From Macrostomum hystrix (Eukaryota; Animalia; Platyhelminthes), in contig CATNEN010000039.1 of NCBI GenBank assembly GCA_950097015.1, positions 15,252,001 through 15,316,000 of the forward strand: a stretch of DNA of 64,000 bases, in the 5' to 3' direction. The position numbers were made by a program, and so were the translations under genes. Positions 22,831 to 33,647 of this stretch are shown here, piece by piece. The notes under the pieces were generated by a model. That model was not told the origin of the DNA. It ran no database searches and saw nothing but the letters and a program-made list of their open reading frames with translations. Positions within the stretch are counted from its first letter, which is position 1, and the number at the start of each line of letters is the position of its first letter.

Positions 22831-23623
22831 TTTTATAATAGTACCAAGTTTGAAATAAGTGGAAGAAAATAGAGTGACTTTACTGATACCAACGGCACTT
22901 TTTTACCTAGGAGGATTGGAGGATCTTATTTTTTATTAACGTATTGCTTTATGAGCGCCGATTGATGGCATCTCATGGTGATTGTAGGAGTTAATAATTG
23001 TGTATCTGGAAATATTTTTTGTAAATTAAGTCAAGACCCATAAATTATTTTCAAACGCGAATTTCAAATTTCATAATTTTTAACATCTAACGATCTAATG
23101 TCTATAAAGTAAAAGTTTATGCATCTATGTAGTGCTGATTGATCAACCTGTGCTAGGTGTCATGTGTTTAATGCAAGGATGAGGATTGGGATTGATTCTG
23201 GTTGGCTCTGCGTTATTTTTTATAATCTCCGTCTCTAATTAACTTCTGTTTCCAATGTTTTCGCATCGCATATTTTTAATAAAAGTAAAAACTGATACCT
23301 ATTTTGTATCAGTTAATAATGCTGAAAGAATACGGAAGCGCTGCATTTTGGAAAAGTTCGCGGCTTTGAGTTATTTAATTTTGATTTATCGATTTAGAGA
23401 GAACAAATGTATGCACACTATAAAAGTTTTGGACCCGAAATTTTAGTATGTAACGACCAGACCCGATTAGCAACTTTCGATAATATGAATGTTTAGTATA
23501 TTCACAAATTATGTTACTGATATTAGCTTTTCCAAATAAAATCATCACAAAAATATGCGTTTCAGCAAATTCCCCCATCTGATCTAAAATGCTTCCAACT
23601 GTGTAATAAAAGGAACCGAGATA

Positions 23624-26600
23624 ATGTCGAGAGACACTTCACCAGCCACCACATCAGCAGTAGCAGCAAGTGATCTGTCGCATGAGTCCACCAATTTCAC
23701 TTTCGAGCTCGAGCCAACCGGTGAGTTCATGCAATTTTTATTCAAATGAGTTCAGCATAGCCAGCGAAGTAGACTTATCCCTCTAAAAGTACACGCTAAG
23801 TAGTCATAACAAACCCATCCGCTGATTCACTGATTCCCGGTTCACTGATTCCCGGTTCACTGATTCCCGGTTCACTGATTCCCGGTTCACCGATTCTTGA
23901 TTCACCGATTCCTGATTCACCGATTCCTGATTCACCGATTCCTGATTCACTGATTCCCAGTTCACTGATTCCCAATTCACTGATTCCCAGTTCACCGATT
24001 CCTGGTTCACTGATTCCCGATTCACTGATTACGGTTCAATGATTCCTGATTCACCGATTTCGTTGATTGACACTATGAGGAGATAGAATTAGAGGAAATA
24101 ACTTATTTTTAACTGTCCATGGAAATGCGAATATTAAAAAACATGATCAATTCACGCAGGCATTCAATTCAGCTCGGCTGTTCAGGCCAGTGCGCATGAT
24201 GACATACTGCAGGTCAGACGCTTCACTCCAACTTCACTTCACTTCACTCAAGAGGTCTCGATCCATTTCACTTTTTAACATCTACTTAGTTCGCAGTGCT
24301 ACAGGTTGTTGAGATGAGATTCGATTCATCCGAGAACAATTCTGTTCGAGCGCAGCTTAAGTTCAACATTAGAATGGTGAGAATCAAAGAAGCAATGGTA
24401 GTTAATGCGGAGGATAAGTGGTTCGCATGCAGTCTCGAGCTTCTTACTGATCTTAGAGACTTTGAATTGTGGTGGCTGCAGCAGTTTTCTGAGCTGGAAC
24501 GCAAGATTGACACCTACAATGCAAATGGGAGTGGTTGGATAGTTGAGCAAATCAACTATTTTGATCTGAGCACTGCCCTCACTGATCGCATTCGCTACTA
24601 TCGAGGACGATGTGCTAATTTTACTGTGCCCAATCGGCTAGTAGTTAAGAAGGCCATCATGAACCCACCGAGCAATGGAAATGATTGCTTTCTATTTGCC
24701 TGTCTTGCTTACCTGCACAGCAGTGATCCTGGTGTGATGAAGTCCTGTCATCGACTAACAACTTACAGCAGATGGCTGGGTGAAATCGATCTGAGCGGCA
24801 TCAGTTTACCAATCGCAATTTCCGATTTAGAAGTTATAGAAGAAAAGAATCCCGAAATCTGTTTCACAGTTTTTACCTGGGAGCATGATGAGGCCTATGT
24901 CATTCGCCAGCCACTTCCTGGGCTTTGTGCCTCTCGCAAGGTTATTCCTCTACTCTTGCTTCGCAACTCATGCTCCGATGATGCTAATGATGATGATAAT
25001 GATGCTGAGAATTGTGGGACTGGACACTGGTGTGCAGTTTCGAACCTGGACCGGCTCCTGAACAGCAAAAAAGGTCTGAGGAATCGCAAATGGTGTGAGA
25101 AGTGCATTTCTCCGTTTCGATCCCAGGAGGAGTTAGAGCAGCATCGAGACAGCTGCAATCCTCAGCTGAAACCCAGCATCATGGAGCGCATGCCTGATGC
25201 AAATAGCAACACAATGCAATTCATGGCTTGGGAAAAGACTATCAGTCCCCCATTTGTTGTCTACGCAGATTTTGAAGCTCTGAACACCCCGTGTGAACTA
25301 ATGGAGCCTGACAGAGCAGTTGGTATCACCAAGTTAACTGAGCATCTGCCTGTAGCTGCTGGCTACCTTGTTATTCCAAGAGAGGGTATGAGCAGCGACA
25401 TTCGGAGGCCGAGTGAGGATGTTTTCCTCTGCAGCGGTCCCAATCCGAATTCTGTCGTGAAGCAGTTTTTGGCCTCACTCGAACAACTTGCTCGTGGAAT
25501 CTATGGGTGGAATACGGAGTTCAGCCACCAAAAAGCAGACAGGAGCAAGGAAGAAGATAGGCGCAACTTTGCTGAATCCGTTCAGTGCCACTATTGCAGT
25601 GCAGCTCTTACCTCATCATCTGACAAACATTGGGATCATGACCATTTGAGCGGAGATTTTAGAGGAGCTGCCTGTGCTTCATGCAACAAGCTTGCTAAAC
25701 TGCGGCGGCGCTTCTTGCCCATCGTCATGCATAATCTTCGTGGTTATGACCTGCACCTGATTTTTTCGAGCGCCCTAGGCGACATGCCAGGTTGGAAAGT
25801 AAGTGTTATACCACAAACTGCTGAATCTTATCTCTCAATGAGAGTGGAATTCCTAATTGATGAGTACGAAAAAGATGGTAAGAAGAAGCCCCTGTTCTTC
25901 ACGATGCAGTTCATCGATTCACTGCAATTCCTACACAGCAGTCTTTCTCAGCTTATCAAGAACTTGCCGGAGGACAACTGTCCCATCACTAATGCGATGC
26001 GATCAAAGTATCCAAATCTTTCAAGGGATGTACTGCTCAGTAAGGGAGTTTTCCCTTATGATTATCTCTCAAATTTGAATGTGCTCGATGATCGCCAACT
26101 ACCAAAAGTAGACAGTTTTTTTAATCGACTCACCAACAGCCACTGTACCGAGGCGGAGTATCGGCATGCGCAGAAGGCATGGACTGAGTTCGAATCCACA
26201 ACATTGCGCGATTACATGCAATGCTACTTGGAGCTGGACATCAGGCAACTTGCAGATATCTTTGAAGGGTTTCGAAGGCTGAGTTTGCAGGAAGACAAGC
26301 TAGATCCGGTGCATTTTGTGTCAACCCCAGGCCTGTCATTTGCTTCAGCGCTAAAGTCTTCTCAAGTCAAGATTGAACTGCTAACCGATCTCGAGATGTA
26401 CAAAATGTTTAAGAAAGGAATTCGGGGCGGAATGTCTTTTGTCAATGTACATCATGCCCAGAGCGAAAGCAGTGATGATGATGAAACAGCAGGTAGGAGT
26501 TTACTGGCTGTTGATGCTAATAACCTTTACGGTCATGCGCTCACAATGCCCCTACCTGTTGGTGGCTTTCGCTGGCTTAGTCAAGAGGAGCTGTGCTCAT

Positions 26601-27901
26601 GGTCTGAGCGCCGCTTTCTCGCCCTGGACGATGACGCTCCAATCGGCTACCTTGTCAAAGCGGATTTGCTCTACCCTGCCGAAATCCACTCGGCAACGGA
26701 GGATCTTCCATTCGCCCCAGAGAAAAGGTGTCCGGATTTCGATGAATTTCCACAGTACATGCGAGAATTATGGACACTGCTTCAGCACGACAATTATCAT
26801 CGTCATCAGCAGCCCGACGCGAACACCACTGTAGATCCTACCGCTGCGCACTACCGTGGAGTACAAAAGTTAATGCTCACATGCCACAACAAATTTTCCT
26901 ATGTACTGCACTCTTCAGCCCTCCGATTCTATCTATCGCACGGGATGAAGTTGCACAAGCTCCAAAGGATGATCGAATTCAGGCAAGAACCTGTCTTCGC
27001 GGACTACATTAAGATGAATAGTGAGAAGCGCTCTATGGCGAAAAATGATTTCGAGAAGGATTTCTACAAGCTGAAAAATAATTCCCTGTTTGGCAAAACA
27101 ATGGAGAACGTACGCAAGCGGCGAGACATCAGAGTGTGCAATAACAAGAAAAAGGTGAAGACTGTTTCTTCGCAACCAAATGTCACATCATTCACCATCA
27201 TTACACCGTCACTCAGCATCTTCGAGCTTCAAAAGCGTGAAGTAACTCTTGATCGCCCAATTTTCATGGGGCAGTGTGTTCTAGATCGCTCCAAGATCAT
27301 CATGTATCGACTTTACTACGACAGAATAAAACCCATGCTAGAATTCCGTGATGGAGCGAGAGTTCGTGTTTGTGGTGGCGATACAGACTCGCTGTTTTTG
27401 AGCTTAGACAATCTTAACTTGCAGAGAGAAGTGCTGCCAATCCTGCATGCCGAAAGCCTCTTGGACACATCCAATTTTTTATCTAATCACCCACTCTTCT
27501 CGAATCAACTGAAGGCCAGGCTAGGCTGCATTAAAGATGAAGCTGGTGGAGTGCGGCAGATTGAGTGGGTGCTGCTGAGGCCCAAGCTCTATTCTTTCCT
27601 CGCCGAAAGCTCGACGGCTAGCAAAGCAAAAGCAAAAGGTATCCAACGAAGCGTGCTGAAGAATGAAGTCTCCCACGATGACTACGTAAAGATTTTCAGG
27701 GACGCTTCAAAGCTGTCGCTCACTGTTCGTCGAATTGGAAGTGAGAAACATCGCGTTTTCACCATGGAGCAACGCAAGCTCGCTCTCAGTATCTGGGAGG
27801 ACAAGCGAGCGTGGACTGGCTCGAACACAAGTCTTCCGTTCGGCCACTTTCAGCTAACGATCAGGGGTAGACCGAAAAGGGCAGCTGATTGCTTAGAGTG
27901 A
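23624..27901 (+). CDS. polB: Protein-primed DNA polymerase B; predicted exons 23624-23720, 24160-24212, 24290-27901 (1253 aa)
   Basis: YADFE, HNLRGYD, endonuclease VII-like C..C..DHDHLSG.FRGAAC..CN, KGVFPY, IRGG, DANNLYG, KLKNNSLFGK, DTDS; upstream exons have frame-consistent GT-AG sites (exon model less certain than the pPolB call). Confidence 0.92.
23821..24065. repeat. 15-bp minisatellite TTCACTGATTCCCGG in predicted pPolB intron 1
   Basis: Direct tandem copies. Confidence 0.9.
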
Positions 27902-28579
27902 TGCTTTACACATCTGAGTAACTTTGAATTTGTAATTTCTTGACTTCTTACTTATTCTAATAATTGTTTCCGCGGTTTACCTCATCTGAACAATGATGGT
28001 GATGCTGATGAATAGAGTTATTCATTTAGTTACATCTTTGTAGTCTCTAAGCAAATCACGAGCGTAACATTTTCAGGTAGAGGTTTTCCTTTTTCTATTT
28101 CAATACAAACTTGCCAAAGTCATGTTGGAATCAGTTGCATCACATTAGTCAGGCTTTTCTATTTTGTTTCAACGCACCTTATTTTAGCACTGCAGAATGA
28201 ATGAAGCGACAGTTGTTATTTTCTTTTTTGCTAATTTAGCTACTCGTTTTTATCCATTATCCATTAATTATCTAAATAATATTCACTTTTCTAATTTCTG
28301 TTTGCTCGTGTTCGTTTTATTTGTTTAGGAGTACATAATCTGGGTGGTGGTGGTAGGTGTGCTTTTCCCATGCTTTTAGTGGTGATCTGTTTAAATTTGC
28401 TATGCTCAAGCAATTGCTATTTCAGTTTAGAAAATAAAGAAAGACCAATCCAAGTCAGGTTTTCAAAATAAAATTGGTTAAAATGCACACATTTTAAACA
28501 AGTGGCAGATTGCATGAAAAACGTTACACTTTGTTCAGCCGTCGTCGTCTTCTTATTTAACTGTTGAAACATAAGTTTA

Positions 28580-29146
28580 TTACTGGGACAGAAAACGGTG
28601 AAGCTTGGAAAAATCGGCAATCAGCATGTTCATTGTCTTCGCACCACTGAGAACGAATGAGCCATTGTGAAAAAGCAGGCACTTACAGAAGTCCAGTTTG
28701 CAAATCAAAGCAGAAAAGGACTCTGGCTCATATCTAGCATTCGGTAGCACATCACGGAGGCTTGTCAAGCATTGGGGGTTGGGCAAGTCAATCTTTCCAT
28801 GTGCACTAATAGTTTTAATTCGTACACAAATGGACTGATGAGGCAGCAGTTGAGCAGGCACTCTGCGATGCAGCATAGCCACGAAGCGACGGGCAGCCCT
28901 GACTGAGTCCGAGTAGCTCCGGGCGCCACAGATGCTCAGTTGACCGGTGGGATAGAGCAGCAGAGTGACTCCCGGATCCCGCATCCTCTTGATGAGCACT
29001 CGGGGCCAAACGGGTCGGTAGATGACATGAGCCATGCTGAGAGCCAGTTCCCGTAGAGGAAGTTGGGCGCCCCTGCCTCCAGCCAGTCTCAGATCCACGC
29101 CACCGACCAGGTTGGTCACTCTCAGAGTTGTCAAAGGTGTACTCAT
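28580..29146 (-). CDS. TATA-binding protein (TBP)-like core domain, Polinton-encoded, 188 aa
   Basis: Two TBP repeats: LRVTNLVG..IYRPVWPRVLIKRMRDPGVTLLLYPTGQLSICGARS..AARRF and ARYEPESFSALI..CLLFHNGSFVLSGAK. Confidence 0.85.
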   Translation of the reverse strand: MSTPLTTLRVTNLVGGVDLRLAGGRGAQLPLRELALSMAHVIYRPVWPRVLIKRMRDPGVTLLLYPTGQLSICGARSYSDSVRAARRFVAMLHRRVPAQLLPHQSICVRIKTISAHGKIDLPNPQCLTSLRDVLPNARYEPESFSALICKLDFCKCLLFHNGSFVLSGAKTMNMLIADFSKLHRFLSQ

Positions 29147-29681
29147 TTCCGATATTTTTTCTGCTTGCGGTAGTGTAGTTGCTGATTTCGTTGAAAGTGC
29201 TGATGCCTTTTGAATGGTGCTGACACACCTCGCTTCTTAAGCTTATGGAAAACTTGGGCTTCAACCAGCTGTAGTACATTAATGTATTTTTTAATGCGCA
29301 GCCGGTATCAGATTGTTCGACTAAAGGTCCTCCCAGGTCCTCAAGGTTGTACACCTGTTGGCCAAGAAGTTCAGTTAGAAAAGCGGACTTCCTCGCTCCG
29401 CTAGTCCAAGTTGGGCCATAAGAAATATTAGGAATGTCAGTTTTGAATTTCTTGTAAGATCGGGTTCCATCGTTCCATTTGAGCCGGTGCAGATTCCTTG
29501 AGAGTTTTCTGTAGTGCACTTGCATCTCAGGCGAGATCATTTCCCATGCATATGGTGAAGAATAAACATGATGAGTGATATTGTAACTGCCTGCTCGGAC
29601 TTCAACAACCGCCAGCTCCTTCACAATGAAACCACTACTTGATCTCTCACATGGAAAGCCTTGGAAGTCAATATAGTTCAT
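28815..29681 (-). CDS. Polinton DEDD/DnaQ-like exonuclease-fold protein (3' end of the ORF overlaps the TBP-like gene and may be non-functional)
   Basis: IDFQGF..FIVKELAV..LHRLKWNDG..G.RK..FL..VYNLED..CALKN. Confidence 0.6.
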   Translation of the reverse strand: MNYIDFQGFPCERSSSGFIVKELAVVEVRAGSYNITHHVYSSPYAWEMISPEMQVHYRKLSRNLHRLKWNDGTRSYKKFKTDIPNISYGPTWTSGARKSAFLTELLGQQVYNLEDLGGPLVEQSDTGCALKNTLMYYSWLKPKFSISLRSEVCQHHSKGISTFNEISNYTTASRKNIGNEYTFDNSESDQPGRWRGSETGWRQGRPTSSTGTGSQHGSCHLPTRLAPSAHQEDAGSGSHSAALSHRSTEHLWRPELLGLSQGCPSLRGYAASQSACSTAASSVHLCTN

Positions 29682-29724
29682 TATCGGCGATATCGAATAT
29701 CGAAAGAAAATACAGACAGCTGAT

Positions 29725-30429
29725 TTAATTTCCTTTCTTAAATAGTTTCTTTCTGCCCAGCTGTAACCAGGCTCTCTCGCTTCCAAGTCCCTTGACTGTA
29801 TGATGAGCACAGTCTAGAGCTTCCGCCTCTAGAGAGGCTGCTGGCTTGGAAATAAGCTTTCTCACTGATTTCCCTATCGCTGAAGCTGGAATGTTTAGCT
29901 TGCTGTCTTGAAGCAATGAAACAAACTCACTCCAGCCCACCGGCTCGCTGTCGCATTTTGAATCCCTCACTGCAGTATGAAACAGATCCATGATGTTTGA
30001 GGATGGTATTCTCTGCCCAGCCATTTGCACCTCGCCGTTTTCGAACACCTGGATGAGGGAGGGATTATCAGATAGGATGGCCCATAGACTGCGAGCCCTG
30101 GTTTTGAATTTCTGGGGCACGGACTGGGCAATCTTTTCAGCCCAGCTGCTCGGCAGCATCTCTGCTTTCTGTTTCTTTGCCGCTTGACTCTCTCCTGCTA
30201 CACTCTCCTTTCCAACTTGCTTGCGCTTGGACAACAAACTTTTCATAGCGTTCTGGTACATGGCTGTCTTTACATTGTCTGGGCAATCGTCGGCATACAA
30301 TATATCATCACATTTAATCTGTGCCTGCTTTACCGCAATGTCTCCTGCAGACTCATTGGGTTTCACATTAATCATTAGCATGTCATACTCAGACTTGGGA
30401 ATCAGAACCATCTCAGAGAACTTGTTCAT
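29725..30429 (-). CDS. Polinton-type uncharacterised protein
   Basis: MVLIP start, GEV..G..IPSSNIMDL..P.GW..F..L..NIP.SAIG; tightly packed in the cassette. Confidence 0.7.
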   Translation of the reverse strand: MNKFSEMVLIPKSEYDMLMINVKPNESAGDIAVKQAQIKCDDILYADDCPDNVKTAMYQNAMKSLLSKRKQVGKESVAGESQAAKKQKAEMLPSSWAEKIAQSVPQKFKTRARSLWAILSDNPSLIQVFENGEVQMAGQRIPSSNIMDLFHTAVRDSKCDSEPVGWSEFVSLLQDSKLNIPASAIGKSVRKLISKPAASLEAEALDCAHHTVKGLGSERAWLQLGRKKLFKKGN

Positions 30430-30736
30430 TTTCCTTCTTTCTTCTATGCACAAGCTTCAGCAGAGTGGGGAGAATTTTTATGAAATTATGATTTAGCAAG
30501 TCAGCTTCTTTTCTTTGTGCTGGGATTTTTCGAATAATCTGCTTGGACTTTGCCAGCTCAGCCTTTTCAATAAGAGAGAAAGTCAGGTTGTTTTCCAATA
30601 GGTTGTAACAGGCTTCAACAAGGAATTTTCGCACTTCTTTCGGACCGTGCTTGATTAGCAAGCGCTTGAAGCTGACAGTGTATTTCGCTGATGCAAGAAT
30701 TGCAAAGATGCTTTCATGAAAACAAAGCGTGTCCAT
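30413..30736 (-). CDS. Small basic Polinton-type protein
   Basis: LVEACYNLLENNL..EKAELAKSKQIIRKI pattern; overlaps the next gene. Confidence 0.65.
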   Translation of the reverse strand: MDTLCFHESIFAILASAKYTVSFKRLLIKHGPKEVRKFLVEACYNLLENNLTFSLIEKAELAKSKQIIRKIPAQRKEADLLNHNFIKILPTLLKLVHRRKKENEQVL

Positions 30737-30775
30737 TGTTGAGTATAGATATGGAAAACAGCGTATTTGCCATTC

Positions 30776-31424
30776 TTAGGTATAAACCAGGTGGGGGCGC
30801 TGGTTGGGCAGGATCCGCGCTCGCACTCGCAGCTCATCGGGAGTGGATGGGTGGAAATCCAGAAGCAGGTAAGCTGCCCTGCCTTGAGCGGTCACATGCT
30901 TAAACACAGACAGCAGAAAGCCGGGCTTCTCTGCAAAGCACTGCCTGCCCAGTGCTGCAATCTGCAGCTGGTCTCTGGGGTTCTTCATGATGACAAAGTA
31001 CATCGCATTCAGACTCATCGTTCGCAACTCTCTTCCTTTAAAAAATACATTTTGGGTCAGCATTACCAGAAAGCAGGGTAAGTGATGAGCGATTCCGGTG
31101 AATACATTTCGCATCGCAGCAGAGCTAGAAGTCTCTTCAATCAAATCATCAAAAACAATCAGGTCATTGGGTCTTAGAGCCGCCTCAATGTTGCTGGGGA
31201 ATCCCTGCTGCAGGTGCACTCCCAGGCTGCTCAGCTCAGTGTGCACTGTCTGCGCAACCCCATAGTACCACAGGACTCTCTCAGGCATCAAACATGACAT
31301 CCCTGTACTGAATTAGCTGCTTCACGAAGGTTGTCTTGCCAGCATTGGTTGGCCCGCTGACAATCATGCAGCTTCCCTGCCGCAGGCGGGCATCATAGCA
31401 GGTTCTATTCGCACTGGTTTCCAT
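30776..31424 (-). pseudogene. A32/FtsK-like packaging ATPase, frameshifted near 31286
   Basis: ATG at 31424; Walker A GPTNAGKT frame stops at 31281; Walker B LIVFDD, TQN, R..SLN and KNPRD lie in the downstream frame. Confidence 0.88.
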
Positions 31425-31456
31425 AGTCGGATTTAGCCAATTTGTAGAGCTGACTT

Positions 31457-31972
31457 TCATAACTTTCTCTTTCTTAGGCTGGCTTCGAACTGCCGAAGCA
31501 TTCTGTCATTCAGGTGGCTCTTTTCCTTTGCATGCAGTTGTCGCAGAACCCACTTAAATGACCGTTTGAATTGAAACTTCTGATAAGTAAAATAAAGACA
31601 GAAAAGACCGCATTTGACAGAGTCACAGCTTTGAATTCGATCCACATTGCTGCTCAAACGAAGCGGGGAACCCAAGGCTACTTGCAGTAAATCATGAATA
31701 ATCATTAAAGTTTTCGAGTCCCAGCCAAGGGAATTGAAAAGCTCCACAGAATTCCCGTAAGTGACGTCGCAAACCACCCAGTGGCCTGACAAGGAGCTGT
31801 GATGCAACAAAAGGAAAATAAATTTGCTCTTATATGTTTTCTCATTCAGGTAACTCCGCAAATGAAATTCTAATTCAGCATTATTAGAACTATTCAAATT
31901 TAGAGACACTATACAAACGTTTCTAATGGGCAAAAAGCTTCTGGCAAGTTTAAACATCTGAAAAGTGTTCAT
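31457..31972 (-). CDS. Adenain-like (C5) cysteine maturation protease
   Basis: GHWV, FNSLG, IQ..S..CGLFC catalytic motifs. Confidence 0.85.
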   Translation of the reverse strand: MNTFQMFKLARSFLPIRNVCIVSLNLNSSNNAELEFHLRSYLNEKTYKSKFIFLLLHHSSLSGHWVVCDVTYGNSVELFNSLGWDSKTLMIIHDLLQVALGSPLRLSSNVDRIQSCDSVKCGLFCLYFTYQKFQFKRSFKWVLRQLHAKEKSHLNDRMLRQFEASLRKRKL

Positions 31973-31977
31973 AATTA

Positions 31978-33258
31978 TTATGAAAAATCTAGCAAAATTT
32001 CCCTATGCTTGGTGACTTCAATCAGAGAGTCATACAGGCACATGACAATCAGAGTCACGGCCTCGTCAAGCGCCTGTCGGAACCGAATCTCCAGCCGCAG
32101 GTTTCCTTCTTTCTGTCCGTACCACAGGGCTGCTCCCTCGGGTGTGAGGTCGAACGCTAACACGGTGTTGTCGTTGGAGAAGATCTGATAGGGGATCCAA
32201 GGGACCGAGTTGGTGGGGCTGGCAGACTGGCAGCTTTTCAGGTAATGCAAGTACTCTCGCACAAATGAGTTGTTTTCGGGTGTGAATGCACCGTGGCACA
32301 TGGTTTCCCCACCTTTCTTTAGAGCTAGCTGGCTGAGGTTGAAGCTCTGGAACTCGAAGGGGCTGGTGTGATGATTCCCGTTGAAGGCTCGGTGGCTCAC
32401 GAAAGCCAGCATGATGAACTTAGGGAGTTTTCCGTGGGTAAAGCCTTCAATGTTCTTCGACTGGATTCCCTGGGGCAGAATAAAGTTCTGCATTTCGGCT
32501 CGCTCCATAGGATAGAGCGCATTCTGGTTGATCAGTCCCTGCTCATGGGCTAGGCTGATGTGAGAAGCCACCTTGACTCGGCAGAGATGCAGGATGCAGT
32601 GGGAGATTTCCATGCGGTAGGCTGTGTTGTTTGTGACCGGGGTTCTGATGGCAAATGCAGCGTCGCTGGGCACCAACTTGATGTGCAGGTGTAGGTTGTT
32701 CAGCAGCAACATGGGGCACTGGAAGATGTCGCTGAGCAACGGTCCGGCATACTCCACCCAGCGGGACTGCCTGTGGCTCTCCATGTGCGCCTCTGCAGCG
32801 GAGTCAGGTTGCAGGAATCCAGCGGGGTAGAACTTCAGCTGCTGGGCGTCTGAGGAACTGATGAGAGCTTTGAAATAGGCATGATAGGGATAGAGTTGGT
32901 CTCCCCCGGACACAACTCGCTGGTTAATGCTCACAATGACATCAGAGAAGAGCGTAGACAGGACAAAGTTTTCAGGGTGCACATCACTGTCTCGGCGCTC
33001 TGTCAGCTCTCCTTCAGCGTTCAGAACATTCTCCCTCAGCAAGCACCCATCCAGTCGGACTAGGCGGCAGCGAATGTACAGAAAAGAATTCAATAGATCG
33101 GTGTATTCGTCAGCTGATGGGTGGCAATCGAATTCGATGGGTGCATTTGCAGCAGTTGAGTTCACGGGGTGAATATCGACATAGGAGGATTTGTCAATGG
33201 CAGTCTGCAGCGCAGGAGCCTTGAACAAATCGAGCCTTGGGTTGAATCCATAAGCCAT
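31978..33258 (-). CDS. Major capsid protein (double jelly-roll, PY/hexon-like)
   Basis: LDLF..P..QTAI..IHP..PIEF..YTDL, YPY.AYF, GKLPK..FNG..PF.FQ, AFDLTP, GNLRLEIRF. Confidence 0.85.
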   Translation of the reverse strand: MAYGFNPRLDLFKAPALQTAIDKSSYVDIHPVNSTAANAPIEFDCHPSADEYTDLLNSFLYIRCRLVRLDGCLLRENVLNAEGELTERRDSDVHPENFVLSTLFSDVIVSINQRVVSGGDQLYPYHAYFKALISSSDAQQLKFYPAGFLQPDSAAEAHMESHRQSRWVEYAGPLLSDIFQCPMLLLNNLHLHIKLVPSDAAFAIRTPVTNNTAYRMEISHCILHLCRVKVASHISLAHEQGLINQNALYPMERAEMQNFILPQGIQSKNIEGFTHGKLPKFIMLAFVSHRAFNGNHHTSPFEFQSFNLSQLALKKGGETMCHGAFTPENNSFVREYLHYLKSCQSASPTNSVPWIPYQIFSNDNTVLAFDLTPEGAALWYGQKEGNLRLEIRFRQALDEAVTLIVMCLYDSLIEVTKHREILLDFS

Positions 33259-33260
33259 TT

Positions 33261-33647
33261 CTACGACAAAGAGTCCAGCACGCGCTTCACCGTTTTCCTG
33301 CTGACTTTTCGCTTCCTCTTGCTTACCGTTTTGCCCTTTGCTTTGCTCTCTCCTTTCTTAGGTTTCTTTCTACCTGCATTTTTCCGTTTCCTTGATTTTT
33401 TCCCCTTCTTGCCATTTTGGCGAGGTGTCTTCTGTATTCTCTTTTTCCTAGAAACTTTAGCATTCAACTGTCTTCTTTTGCTAACGCTTTTGCCAGCCGA
33501 GGCCAACTGAGATGCATGTGCTGGTGAAGTTGCTGGAGGAGGTTGATATGTCATGATCCCTGGAAAACTTCCGCACCCATAGGGCGCAGATTTATCGCTT
33601 CCATTTCGAGTTCCAGAGTACTGCCGGATCAGCTGCTGATAGTTCAT
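33261..33647 (-). CDS. Lys/Arg-rich basic protein, candidate virion core/DNA-condensing protein
   Basis: Highly basic C-terminal half; lies between mCP and MCP with overlapping/abutting stop-start. Confidence 0.65.
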   Translation of the reverse strand: MNYQQLIRQYSGTRNGSDKSAPYGCGSFPGIMTYQPPPATSPAHASQLASAGKSVSKRRQLNAKVSRKKRIQKTPRQNGKKGKKSRKRKNAGRKKPKKGESKAKGKTVSKRKRKVSRKTVKRVLDSLS

